Of a DNA stretch of 64,000 nt, positions 8,600 through 16,275 are shown one piece after another (the stretch's first letter is position 1; every line of letters begins with the position of its first letter). This stretch comes from Vicinamibacterales bacterium. Lineage in GTDB: Bacteria > Acidobacteriota > Vicinamibacteria > Vicinamibacterales > UBA8438. The notes below the pieces were generated by a model that was given only the letters and a program-made list of their open reading frames with translations, did no database searches and had not been told where the DNA came from. The stretch is taken from the NCBI GenBank assembly GCA_965204675.1, contig OZ242003.1, positions 5,803,996 to 5,867,995 on the forward strand, given 5' to 3'. The translations under genes and the position numbers were made by a program.

Positions 8600-9194
8600 G
8601 CTGTCGGGACGGCGCTGCAGCGCTTCGCCGTGCGGCCGGTCCGCCGGGCAGCCCTGCGCCACCGGCGTCGTCTCCGTGGCCGGCACCGACGATCGCTGTG
8701 CGACCTCGTGCAGGAGCGTGTCGCAGATGTCGTTCCACGGCGCTCTCGTGGCGGTCTCGAAACGGAAGCGCCACTTGGGAGTACGCCAACGCTCAATCTG
8801 CCGACGGTGCCGCTCGCGCATCGCCTGGAGAGTCAACGCCCGCGGGCCAGGCCGCGGACCGTAGCAACGCGCGAGCCGACTTGCCAACACTGCCCGTACG
8901 ATCCGATGGCTCACCTGCACCGTCAAACGACCGTCAGCGGACTTGCTCCGCCCCCGCGGGCGGGAAGCCTTTTCGGCCCACCCTCCCACCCCTGTTGACG
9001 ACACGACCAGGGGGAGCTCGAACAACGGCCCCAGAACATATCGCGGCGCGTCGGTCGCGATCGTGCGCAGGACGTGCCGGGTCCGAGTAGCGCTGCCCGA
9101 AGGGCACCACGGGAAGGCGGCTGAAGGGCCCGTCGTGCATGCCCGGCTCCGCGGACTGCGCGACCGTCTCCAACTTGACGGTGTCAAGCGACAC
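8600..9194 (-). pseudogene. Possible gene fragment truncated at the IS21 end and read in at least two frames
   Basis: Protein-like stretches 'LDTVKLETVAQSAEPGMHDGPF' and 'LTVQVSHRIVRAVLASRLARCYGP...LQAMRERHRRQIERWRTPKWRFRFETATRAPWNDICDTLLHEV' lie on the minus strand and end exactly at the IS terminus. No family recognised. Confidence 0.25.
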
Positions 9195-9541
9195 TCAAAA
9201 CTGACCCCTTGGCGACACCGAAAACTGACCCCCGAAGAAACGGCGTATGTAGCTTCATAACGACGATTGCGTGGTCGATGCCGACTGCAACCCCGGGCGG
9301 CGGCTCCGGTCTGCCGCACCCTCCTGAATCCTGGCCCTCCGCTGCGTCCCGGGAGTCGTCGTGGACGGCCGGGACGCCCCGTCCAGGCCGGGCCGCAAGG
9401 CCCATAACTGCCATCTGAGCCGCGGGGCGGGGGGCGTGTCACCCGACAGGGCCGTAGCATCGCGGAGGACGCGCGCAGCGCGTTGACACGCCCCCCGTCC
9501 CGCAGCTACTCCGTTGCGACCTCCCGACGGGCTTGCGTGGT

Positions 9542-9832
9542 CTAGCCATCACGCCCGAAGCCCCTGGGCAGCTCGACAGCCTCCAGCACCGACAGATCCA
9601 GATCGCAGACCTCCTCGAGCAACGCCGCGGTCGCCGACCCGACGAGCGATTCCGGCAACGCGTCCCGCCACGCCCGGTACTGGTCCTGCAGCGCCAGGAG
9701 CGTCTGCACCGCGTCGTCCCACTGCTGCGGCCGCGACCGCCGGTCCGTCGGCCGGCGGTACCGGAGCCGGGACTCGCCGGCCTGCCGCCGCTCCCGGTAA
9801 CGCGCCTGCCGCTCCGCGTTCGTCAACGCCAC
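9542..9832 (-). CDS. Hypothetical 96-aa protein carried inside the IS21-like element (passenger)
   Basis: GTG start with GGAG 7 nt upstream. 'ALTNAERQARYRERRQAG...QWDDAVQTLLALQDQYRAWRDALPESL...LDLSVLEAVELPRGFGRDG' looks like a conserved small helical protein. I cannot assign a family. Confidence 0.5.
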   Translation of the reverse strand: MALTNAERQARYRERRQAGESRLRYRRPTDRRSRPQQWDDAVQTLLALQDQYRAWRDALPESLVGSATAALLEEVCDLDLSVLEAVELPRGFGRDG

Positions 9833-9949
9833 AAGACCGCTCCATCACCGTTACGTAACGGAACAGCGAGAAGGCCGCTCGGCACCCGGATCGGCCCGGC
9901 GTCCGCGACCGGCGGCGCGTTCCGGCGGGCCGGCCCGCCTGACAACCGC

Positions 9950-9979
9950 CACGCCGGCCGAAGGGCGGCGTGGCGCGGC
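9950..9979. repeat. 30-nt GC-rich hairpin element, copy 2 (see 6965-6994)
   Basis: 29/30 identity to copy 1. It lies between the istB stop codon and the passenger ORF. Confidence 0.7.
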
Positions 9980-10034
9980 AGCGGCGCGTGGGCGTGGGCC
10001 TCCCGCGTTGCCCGCCGCGGTGTCGGTCGCGTGA

Positions 10035-10841
10035 TCATGACGACACCTGCGGACGGATCGCCGACGCGGCCGGCTTCGGGGCTGCGATCTTCAGCGCGCC
10101 CGCCCGCCGCTTCTCCCGCAGCCGGTAGCTCTCCCCGGTAATCGTCAGCACGTGGCTGTGGTGCAGCAGCCGGTCGAGGATCGCGGTGGCGACCACGGCG
10201 TCGCCGAACACCTCGCCCCATTCCCCGACCGAGCGGTTCGACGTGATCAGGATGCTCCCGCGCTCGTAGCGCCTCGAGACGAGCTGGAAGAACAGGTGCG
10301 CGGCATGCGCCTCGAAAGGGAGGTATCCCATTTCGTCGCAGATCAATAACTTCGGCTTGGCGTAGAAGGCCAGGCGGTCCTCCAGCCGCCCCTCGCTGTG
10401 CGCCTTGACCAGCGCCGCCATCAGCGCCTGGGCCGTCGTGAACAGGGTCGAGTAGCTCTGCCGGATCGCCTCGCGCCCGAGCGCGACCGCGAGATGCGTC
10501 TTCCCGACCCCCGGCGGGCCGAGCACCAGGAGCGCGTCGCCGTGCGCCACCCACCGCGACGTCGCCAGCTCCCGCACCTGGCGCCGGTCGACGCTCGGCT
10601 GCGCCTTGAAGTCGAAGTCGGCGAGCTCGCGCACCATCGGGAAGCGCGCGATCTTCAGCGCCATCTCGATGCGCCGCTCGTCCTTGCGGGAAACTTCCCG
10701 CTCGACGAACATCGCCAGCGCCTCCCGCAACGTCAGCTTCTTCTCCGCCGCCTCGTCGAGCAGGTTGTCGAGCTGGTCCCGGATCGCGGTCAGCTGCAGC
10801 CGCGTCAACCAGCCGAGAAGCGTCTCATGGTCCACGGCCAT
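10035..10841 (-). CDS. istB: IS21-family helper ATPase IstB
   Basis: 'LVLGPPGVGKTHLAVALG' is a Walker A motif. 'LLICDEMGYLPF' is a Walker B motif. 'RGSILITSNRSVGEW' is also present. The ATG overlaps the istA stop codon (ATGA at 10841). Confidence 0.9.
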   Translation of the reverse strand: MAVDHETLLGWLTRLQLTAIRDQLDNLLDEAAEKKLTLREALAMFVEREVSRKDERRIEMALKIARFPMVRELADFDFKAQPSVDRRQVRELATSRWVAHGDALLVLGPPGVGKTHLAVALGREAIRQSYSTLFTTAQALMAALVKAHSEGRLEDRLAFYAKPKLLICDEMGYLPFEAHAAHLFFQLVSRRYERGSILITSNRSVGEWGEVFGDAVVATAILDRLLHHSHVLTITGESYRLREKRRAGALKIAAPKPAASAIRPQVSS

Positions 10842-12118
10842 CAGAAACGCCCCCCGGCGACGGCCGCGTACTCGTCGAGCGGACGCAGCAGCTCCGGCTT
10901 CGGCCGGACCGCCGCGGTCTCGGCCGGACGCGGGCCGCCGACGACGCCGACCAGGTGCGCCCGGTCGGTGACCCGAGCGTGGCGTCCCTCGTGCTCGGCG
11001 TGCTCGGCGACAACCCTCGGGCCGTGGTGAACGCGCACCCGGCCGCCGCTGACCAACACCCGCACCCGCTCGCCGATCAGCCGCCACGGTACCGAGTAGG
11101 CGTTGGTGTCGACCACCACCGCGCAGTCGGCATGGACCGTCCGGCTCAGATCACGCAACTGGCCGAACGGCGGCCGGCCCCCGCAGGGGCGAAGGCGCTC
11201 CGCTTCCCGGGCAAAGCGCTCGAGAGGGACTTCGCCGGTGGTGCCGTGGCGTCGCCGGTCGGCAATCTCCCGCTGCCACCACCCCAGATGCGCGTCCATC
11301 CCCGCCCAGCTCTCGAAGCGATGTCCGGCGATGGCGCTTGCTTTGACGTAGCCGACTCCGCGCTCGTCCTTCCCCTTCGTCCGGGCCCGGTACGGCGCAC
11401 ACGCGCGCGGACGGAACCCCCAGTGGGCCGCGAACGCCAGGAACCGGTGGTTGAACTCGACCTCCCGAGTCGACATGTCGTGCTCGACCACCAGCGGCCG
11501 CGGGTTGTCGAGCAGCACCTCCCTCGTCACGCCGCCGAAGTGATGGAACGCGCCCTCCAGGCCGCGGAACCACGACGACTGCCGCTCGTGTCTGAACGTC
11601 GCCACGTGGCAGCGCCGCGAGTAGCCCAGCGTCGCCACGAACAGGAACACGCGCACCCGCTCCCCGGCAATCGGCACCTGCCGCTGGCCGAAGTCAACCT
11701 GCAGCTGACGCCCGGGCGGAGTCTCGAACCGCACCGTCGCCTTCGCCTCGGCCGTCAGCAGCCGCCGGAACGGCGCCACCGCCCGCTCGACCGTGCGCAG
11801 GCTCACGTCGATCCCCTGCTCCCGCACCAGGTCCTGGCGCACCACCTCGGCATTGCCGCCGTGCTGGAAGAAGCGCTCCTTCAGCCACGTCTCCTGATCC
11901 TCGAGCTTGCCGCCGCCGGGCCGTCGGCTGTACGTCATCCAGCCGTCGGCCGCGACGTAGCGTCTCACCGTGTTCTTGCTGCACCCGAACTCCCGGGCGA
12001 TGCGCCTCAGCCCCCAACCGAGCGCCCGCAGGTGCAGCATCGCCTCCACCTCGTCTGACTTCCTCATCTGTGCCCGTGGCCTCCCTGCCCACGGGCCGAC
12101 ATCCTCGCATCCCTTCAT
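10841..12118 (-). CDS. istA: IS21-family transposase IstA
   Basis: The N-terminal HTH is 'LGWGLRRIAREFGCSKNTVRRYV'. The DDE core region is 'LQVDFGQ...VFLFVATLGYSRR'. ATG at 12118 has GGGAGGAG upstream. Confidence 0.9.
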   Translation of the reverse strand: MKGCEDVGPWAGRPRAQMRKSDEVEAMLHLRALGWGLRRIAREFGCSKNTVRRYVAADGWMTYSRRPGGGKLEDQETWLKERFFQHGGNAEVVRQDLVREQGIDVSLRTVERAVAPFRRLLTAEAKATVRFETPPGRQLQVDFGQRQVPIAGERVRVFLFVATLGYSRRCHVATFRHERQSSWFRGLEGAFHHFGGVTREVLLDNPRPLVVEHDMSTREVEFNHRFLAFAAHWGFRPRACAPYRARTKGKDERGVGYVKASAIAGHRFESWAGMDAHLGWWQREIADRRRHGTTGEVPLERFAREAERLRPCGGRPPFGQLRDLSRTVHADCAVVVDTNAYSVPWRLIGERVRVLVSGGRVRVHHGPRVVAEHAEHEGRHARVTDRAHLVGVVGGPRPAETAAVRPKPELLRPLDEYAAVAGGRF

Positions 12119-12180
12119 CTGCTGACTCCTCCCTCGGACTGGGGGGTCAGTTTTCAGTGTCGCTGGGGGGTCAGTTTTCC

Positions 12181-12210
12181 ATACCCTATGCAGAGCTCTG
12201 CATAGGGTAT
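12181..12210. repeat. Perfect 30-bp palindrome ATACCCTATGCAGAG|CTCTGCATAGGGTAT exactly at the IS21/RIT junction
   Basis: Read directly. It is built from the same CTATGC(A/G)GAG motif that recurs in both RIT ends. Confidence 0.8.
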
Positions 12211-12359
12211 GCTATGCGGAGTTCCGGACTATGCGGAGTCGGTTGAGGGCTTGCTCTCAAGTACCTGTCAAAACGAGGGTTACGTGAGCTGACCGGTTGG
12301 GGGTACTCCGCATAGTTGGGATGCTCTGTCCGGCCTGATTGGCCGGAAAGGAGCATTCC

Positions 12360-13283
12360 ATGACCGTTCACGGCTCGTGGACCGTCGACCGCCTCGTCGA
12401 CGCGTACACGCACCACCAACGACGTACGCGCGGTTTGCGCCCTCAGACGTTACGCTACCGCGCTTGGTTCGCCCGGACGCTCGTCCGGGCCGCTCTTGGC
12501 GCGGACCCGATCGACCCCAGCCGCCTGACGCCGGCCGCCGTGGTGGTGTTCATCACGTCGTTGCGGCACCGGTTCTCCCCCGCGTCGATGCAGACCGCGC
12601 GGTCATCGTTGCGGTCGTTCTTCCGGTTCCTGCGCGTCGAGGGATTCTGCAACGACGCACTCGAAGCGGCTCTCCCGACCGTTGCCCATTGGCGGCTTGC
12701 GACGCTCCCTCGTTCCCTGACCGAGCAGCAGCTCGAGCAAGTGCTCGCGTCGTTCGACCCGTCCACCCCGTACGGACAACGCGACCAGGCAATCGTGCAG
12801 TGCCTGGCGACCTTGGGGCTGCGGCCCGGCGAGGTGGCCGGCCTTTGTCTGGACGACATCGACTGGCGCGGCGGCACCCTGCAGATACGCACCCGAAAGA
12901 ACCGTCGAGGCGCCGTGCTGCCACTGCCCCGCGTGGTGGGACAGGCGCTGGTCGGCTATCTGAGCGGGGAGCGTCCGGCGACCGACGAACGCCGGGTGTT
13001 CGTCGAGCACCTGGGAGATCGTCGCGGCAAGCCGCTCTCGAGCCCTGCCGTCTCGCGTGTCGCGACACGCGCGGTTCGCCGGGCAGGAGTCGACGCGCCG
13101 CACGCCGGCGCCAACGTCTTCCGGCACACGGTAGCCAGCCGCATGGTGCGAGAGGGGGCCAGCCTCAAGGAGGTCGCTGACGTGCTCGGCCATCGCAGCC
13201 TCGACACCACGACGGTCTACGCCAAGCTCGACCTGCCGCGGTTGCGTGAGGTCGCGCTTCCCTGGCCGGAGGTGCTCCGATGA
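12360..13283 (+). CDS. Tyrosine recombinase, RIT subunit A
   Basis: XerC/D-like: 'GLRPGEVAGLCLDDIDW', 'HTVASRMV', 'LGHRSLDTTTVYAK'. RBS AAAGGAG precedes the ATG at 12360. Confidence 0.85.
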   Translation: MTVHGSWTVDRLVDAYTHHQRRTRGLRPQTLRYRAWFARTLVRAALGADPIDPSRLTPAAVVVFITSLRHRFSPASMQTARSSLRSFFRFLRVEGFCNDALEAALPTVAHWRLATLPRSLTEQQLEQVLASFDPSTPYGQRDQAIVQCLATLGLRPGEVAGLCLDDIDWRGGTLQIRTRKNRRGAVLPLPRVVGQALVGYLSGERPATDERRVFVEHLGDRRGKPLSSPAVSRVATRAVRRAGVDAPHAGANVFRHTVASRMVREGASLKEVADVLGHRSLDTTTVYAKLDLPRLREVALPWPEVLR

Positions 13284-14236
13284 CACCTCCAAGCTTCCAT
13301 CACCTGGTCGACGAGTACCTCACCGCGCGCCGCGGACTGGGTTTCGGCCTCGAAACGGATGAGTGGTTCCTGCGGGACTTCGCCAGCCATGCAGAGCGGA
13401 TCGGACACAGCGGGCCCGTGACAATCGAGCTCGCAGTCCAGTGGGCACTATCCTCACGCTCGACCAATCCGGCGCAGGCTGCACGTCGACTGACGATCGT
13501 GCGGCAGTTCACCCGGTACCGCGCACTCGTCGATCCGGCCACCGAAGTGCCGCCGGTCGGGCTCCTGGGACGCGACTCCAGGCGCCGCTCGACGCCCCAC
13601 ATCTACACCGAGGCGGAGGTCGCCGCGCTCCTGCAGCAGGCACGCTGCTTGCTGCCCCGAGGCGGGTTGCGACCCGCCACCTATGTCGCGTTCTTCGCCC
13701 TGCTGGCGTCGACCGGCCTGCGGCTGTCCGAGGCCCGCCGTCTGACGACCGACGACGCCGACCTCGTCAACGGCATCCTGACCATCAGCGAGACCAAGTT
13801 CCGCAAGTCCCGACTCGTCCCGCTCCATCCGACTACGACCCGGGCACTGCGTCGCTACGCCGACCGCCGTGACGCGTGTCTTGCTGCACCCCGGTCCGCG
13901 TACTTCTTCCGCACCGAGCACTCACCCCGGCTCACGCGCGCCGTGGTGGAGGCGACGTTCCGCGGGATCAGGCGGTGTCTCGACTGGACTGCGGAAGGGC
14001 GTGCGCGACAACCGCGCATCCACGACCTGCGCCACACCTTCGTCGTTCGCCGGCTGCTGCGCTGGCACCAGGAAGGTGCAGATGTAGATCGCAAAGTCCT
14101 GGCTCTCGCAACCTACCTCGGCCACACCGGGGTCGCCCACACCTACTGGTACTGCACCGCCGTTCCCGAGTTGCTCGCCAGCACCGGGCAGCGTTTCGAA
14201 CGCTTCGCCCACCGAGCGTCGGAGCGCCCGTCATGA
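13280..14236 (+). CDS. Tyrosine recombinase, RIT subunit B
   Basis: 'GLRLSEARRLTTDDADL', 'HDLRHTFV', 'LGHTGVAHTYWY'. The start overlaps the upstream stop codon. Confidence 0.85.
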   Translation: MTPPSFHHLVDEYLTARRGLGFGLETDEWFLRDFASHAERIGHSGPVTIELAVQWALSSRSTNPAQAARRLTIVRQFTRYRALVDPATEVPPVGLLGRDSRRRSTPHIYTEAEVAALLQQARCLLPRGGLRPATYVAFFALLASTGLRLSEARRLTTDDADLVNGILTISETKFRKSRLVPLHPTTTRALRRYADRRDACLAAPRSAYFFRTEHSPRLTRAVVEATFRGIRRCLDWTAEGRARQPRIHDLRHTFVVRRLLRWHQEGADVDRKVLALATYLGHTGVAHTYWYCTAVPELLASTGQRFERFAHRASERPS

Positions 14237-15234
14237 CCTCCGTCGAGCGGGCGTTCCCCGCACTCCTGCAAGAGTTCTTCCACCGGCGCCTCATCGCGCA
14301 ACGGGGCGCCAGCACGCACACAATCGCCAGCTACCGCGACACCTTCACGTTGTTCCTCGGGTACGCCGCAGAGCGCACCGGACGCACCCCCTCGGCGCTG
14401 ACCCTCTCGGATCTCGACGCGCCCGTGGTCCTCGGCTTCCTCGACCATCTCGAAACCGAACGCGGCAATTCTGCGCGCACCCGCAACCTCCGGCTCACCG
14501 CCATACGGTCCTTCATGCGCTACGCCTCGCTGCGCGAGCCATCCCTGCTGCCCGTCGCGCAACGCGTCCTCGCGATTCCCGTCAAGCGCTTCGACCGGTC
14601 CGTCCTCGGCTACCTGTCCCGCGACGAGATCACCGCGATCATCGACGCACCCGACCGGTCCACCTGGAGCGGACAGCGCGACGCCGTCCTCTTCGCCGTG
14701 CTCTACAACACCGGCGCCCGGGTCTCCGAGATCACCCGTCTGCACGTTGCCGACGTGCTTCTCGACCGAGCGTCCTCGCTGCTTCTGCACGGCAAGGGAC
14801 GCAAGGAGCGGGTCATCCCGCTCTGGAAGAGCACCGCAGCGCAACTGCGGAGGTGGCTTCCCCGAATCAATGGAAACCCCGACGCCCCCGTGTTTCCCAA
14901 TCGCGCGGGCAAGCCCCTGTCGCGCTCCGGGGTCGAACATCAACTGCGCGGCGCCTGCCGAAAGGCCTCGGAGCGTCACCCATCGCTCACGACGCGGCGC
15001 ATCTCGCCCCACACACTGCGCCACACGACCGCGATGCATCTGCTTCAGTCCGGAGTCGACATCACCGTCATCGCCCTCTGGCTCGGCCATGAGCACACCG
15101 CCACCACCCACCAGTACGTCGAAGCCGACCTCGCCATGAAGGAGGCGGCGCTCCGGTGCGTCGACGATCCCGCACCCCAACCGCTCCGCTTCACGGCCGG
15201 CGATCGGCTCCTCGACTTCCTGGAAGCCCTCTGA
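14233..15234 (+). CDS. Tyrosine recombinase, RIT subunit C
   Basis: 'TIASYRDTF', 'GARVSEITRLHVADV', 'HTLRHTTAMHLL', 'LGHEHTATTHQYVEA'. The start overlaps the upstream stop codon (ATGA at 14233). Confidence 0.85.
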   Translation: MTSVERAFPALLQEFFHRRLIAQRGASTHTIASYRDTFTLFLGYAAERTGRTPSALTLSDLDAPVVLGFLDHLETERGNSARTRNLRLTAIRSFMRYASLREPSLLPVAQRVLAIPVKRFDRSVLGYLSRDEITAIIDAPDRSTWSGQRDAVLFAVLYNTGARVSEITRLHVADVLLDRASSLLLHGKGRKERVIPLWKSTAAQLRRWLPRINGNPDAPVFPNRAGKPLSRSGVEHQLRGACRKASERHPSLTTRRISPHTLRHTTAMHLLQSGVDITVIALWLGHEHTATTHQYVEADLAMKEAALRCVDDPAPQPLRFTAGDRLLDFLEAL

Positions 15235-15539
15235 CTATGCGGAGTACCGCTCCACGCGATCGGCTCCGTCCACGCGGTCCCCCGGGCCAACTCTGCATAG
15301 TCCGGAACTCCGCATAGCATGTCGCCTGACATGACGGTGACGGAACCCAACCGTAGTACCTCGCGAATCCCCCTCAGCAGCCTCCGTGACGGCATCGCCT
15401 CGCCCTCCTCTCGGAAAGCGATGCGTACCCGCAGTCACGCTACCGACGAGAGTTCACAACCCCCGGAGCCGCCGTTCCACTTCATCCGGAATCGATGTTC
15501 CACTTCGTCCCAAGTACGCATCAAACCGTCCGGTGGTGG

Positions 15540-15944
15540 TCACTGCACCGTCTCTCCGTCCTCTCCGTCCTCTCGATCTGCTTCGTCGGCAAGCGCCTCG
15601 ACGATATCCGCGTACTGCACCAGCGTGGCGCGCACTACCGAGTGAACCGCATTCCGGAACGCCGCCGACGGAGCCCACGCTCGTACCGCCGCCGGATCGT
15701 CCTCGTTCGGCATCTCCGCGAGTGCCGCCGCCGCCAGCCGCTCCGCGGGTGTGGCGACCCCTCGCCGCACACGCTCCGTGATTACCGCGCGCGCTGCCCC
15801 CATCACCGTACCGAACCCAGATTCGCCGAAGTCCTCAGGGTCCAACATCCCGCCACCCCCATGTCCACCTTCGCGTCCATCGAAACCAGCAGCAAGCACA
15901 GTGCGTCTTGGCATCGCTCCCTCTTCCGTCCGCCATCGCCGCAT
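15540..15944 (-). CDS. Hypothetical small acidic protein downstream of the RT gene (same strand)
   Basis: ORF with alternative starts at 15914 (MPRR) and 15848 (MLDPEDF). Helical, Ala-rich, with an acidic tail. No family recognised. Confidence 0.4.
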   Translation of the reverse strand: MRRWRTEEGAMPRRTVLAAGFDGREGGHGGGGMLDPEDFGESGFGTVMGAARAVITERVRRGVATPAERLAAAALAEMPNEDDPAAVRAWAPSAAFRNAVHSVVRATLVQYADIVEALADEADREDGEDGETVQ

Positions 15945-16275
15945 CTCCCGCGCCTCACCGCAAGCCTACTGGCCAGACATCCCCTGCCGCCAGGGGTCCT
16001 CCGTCAGCCGCGGCTACCCGCCACCTTGGGCGCCCACCCCAACCGGATCCCTACCCCCTATCCGCAGCACCACGCCGAGATCCACGGTCCTTGGATGCCC
16101 ACGACGGCCACTTGTCACCGCCAGCAACATCCCCCCAACGTGCGCCCGTCCTCTCGTCGACCGCTGAGCGAGTGCCCCCGGCCGCTCCTAGCTCCGAGCC
16201 GATCGCCCACCGTCAGAGTCCGACACGCTGAACAAGTTCCCACAGAACACCCCTTGTGTCCCCAGGAGACCGCCC

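Larger units (their letters stand above)
9185..12181 (-). mobile_element. IS21-family insertion sequence (istA-istB) with ~0.8 kb of extra internal DNA
   Basis: Terminal multi-repeat inverted repeats. The left end reads TCAAAACTGACCCC..GCGACACCGAAAACTGACCCCC (9195-9233). The right end (reverse complement of 12141-12181) reads TGGAAAACTGACCCCCCAGCGACACTGAAAACTGACCCCCC. istA and istB overlap by ATGA. The exact left terminus and the target duplication are not resolved. Confidence 0.8.
12209..15320 (+). mobile_element. Recombinase-in-trio (RIT) element: three consecutive overlapping tyrosine recombinase genes flanked by ~110-bp imperfect inverted repeats
   Basis: The outer 26 nt ATGCTATGCGGAGTTCCGGACTATGC (12209-12234) are the reverse complement of 15295-15320. 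The inner 15 nt GGTACTCCGCATAGT (12302-12316) are the reverse complement of 15233-15247. The three genes are linked by ATGA overlaps. Confidence 0.8.

Noticed and set aside
16040-16070. G-run cluster (GGGGG..GGG..GGGG..GGG on the minus strand) considered as a G-quadruplex regulatory element.
   Set aside because: In DNA this G+C-rich, such runs are expected frequently. There is no supporting conservation or positional evidence. It is mentioned only within the RT-downstream finding.
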